Shown: positions 63,022 to 64,000 of the stretch, piece after piece
How positions within the stretch are numbered: position 1 is the stretch's first letter
How the letters are laid out: every line of letters begins with the position of its first letter
Source of the DNA: an uncultured delta proteobacterium
Lineage (GTDB): Bacteria; Desulfobacterota; Desulfuromonadia; Geobacterales; DSM-12255
Assembly: GCA_963787125.1 (NCBI GenBank)
Contig: CAWBBV010000012.1
Coordinates: 64,001-128,000, forward strand
DNA length: 64,000 bases
Reading direction: 5' to 3'
Translations under genes and position numbers: made by a program
Notes under the pieces: model-generated
What the model saw: only the letters and a program-made list of their open reading frames with translations
Database searches by the model: none
What the model was told of the DNA's origin: nothing

Positions 63022-64000
63022 ATGAAAAAAATCCTGGTTACAGGCGGTTGCGGGTATATTGGCAGCCATGTTGTGCGACAGCTTTTTGAAGCCGGTTATG
63101 AGGTCGTTGTTTACGACAATCTTTCTACCGGCTTTGCAGATGCACTGATCCATGGCGAGAAACTGATCGTGGGTGATCTTGCCGACACCGTAGCCCTGGA
63201 TGCAGTTTTCAGCGAATATAAATTCAAGACCGTCCTCCATTTTGCTGCGGCAATCGTTGCCCCGGAGTCGGTTTCACTGCCACTTAAATATTATGCCAAC
63301 AATACCAGAAATACCCTGAATCTGCTCCAGGCTTGTGTTCAGCATGGGGTGGAAAAATTTGTTTTCTCCAGTACAGCCGCTGTTTACGGGTTGCCAGAGG
63401 GTGGCTATGCCTCTGAAATCAGCCCTACCAGTCCGATTAATCCCTATGGAACTTCAAAACTTATGAGTGAGTGGATGCTGCGTGATGTTGCCGCGGCCCA
63501 TCAACTGAAGTATGTTGCCCTGCGTTACTTTAATGTTGCTGGAGCAGACCCCCAGGTCAGAATGGGCCAGCGAACTCCTGAGGCGACCCATCTTATCAAG
63601 GTCTCCTGCCAGGCTGCCCTCGGAATGAGGGCGTCGGTTTCCATATACGGCACAGATTATGATACTGCAGATGGTACGGGGATCAGAGATTACATTCATA
63701 TTGAAGATCTTGCTTCTGCCCATTTGTCAGCGCTCGCCTATCTGGAGCATGGTGGCGATTCGACCGTTGTTAATGTGGGGTACGGCAGCGGTTCCACTGT
63801 TCGTGAAGTGATTGATCTGGTGAAAAGCATCAGCGGTGTCGATTTCAAGGTTATCGAAGATGTCCGCAGACCGGGTGACCCGGCAATGCTGGTTGCTGTT
63901 GCAGATAAAGGCCGGACACTGCTTGGCTGCAGTTACCGCTACAACAGTCTCGAAACAATAATCAGGGATGCCTGGCAATGGGAACAAAAGCTCAATAAGC
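63022..64000 (+). CDS. galE: UDP-glucose 4-epimerase (stop lies beyond the window)
   Basis: Not in the ORF track; MKKILVTGGCGYIGSH, SSTAAVYG, YGTSK, LRYFNVAGA, DGTGIRDYIH. Confidence 0.93.
   Translation, partial: MKKILVTGGCGYIGSHVVRQLFEAGYEVVVYDNLSTGFADALIHGEKLIVGDLADTVALDAVFSEYKFKTVLHFAAAIVAPESVSLPLKYYANNTRNTLNLLQACVQHGVEKFVFSSTAAVYGLPEGGYASEISPTSPINPYGTSKLMSEWMLRDVAAAHQLKYVALRYFNVAGADPQVRMGQRTPEATHLIKVSCQAALGMRASVSIYGTDYDTADGTGIRDYIHIEDLASAHLSALAYLEHGGDSTVVNVGYGSGSTVREVIDLVKSISGVDFKVIEDVRRPGDPAMLVAVADKGRTLLGCSYRYNSLETIIRDAWQWEQKLNK

Overview
Chromosomal window from a Gram-negative bacterium; gene content and protein sequences suggest Desulfuromonadia/Geobacteraceae (inference). Bases 1-2965 are the end of an integrative element: a P4-like tyrosine integrase beside a 45-bp duplicated 3' half of tRNA-Val(TAC), plus a probable IS21-type element with two accessory ORFs running off the left edge. 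Bases 3.7-8.1 kb hold an uncharacterised operon (DUF6502-like HTH protein plus two paralogous DUF4382-like lipoproteins) whose promoter is overlapped by a perfect 12-3-12 palindrome. Housekeeping genes follow: guaB-guaA-mreD-mrdA-rodA, moeA, frameshifted prfB, NlpC/P60, FKBP, an RCC1-repeat lipoprotein and lysS. The rest is a ~38-kb envelope/LPS cluster: lolC/E, lolD, bamA, skp, lpxD, fabZ, lpxA, gnnA-like, lpxB, msbA, DUF374, waaA, lpxK, heptosyl- and other glycosyltransferases, uge-like, hldE and galE. Most interesting items: (1) a Dlt-like acyl relay (AMP ligase, ACP, MBOAT with fused FLYFQF tail, two SGNH proteins) between two paralogous GT4 genes; (2) the DUF6502/DUF4382 operon and its operator; (3) a recurrent F-x-N-x-[ST]-[ST] motif in three lipoproteins; (4) a PbgA/YejM homologue that appears to keep metal ligands; (5) a frameshifted GT2 gene. 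All family calls come from motif recognition by eye, with no database searches.
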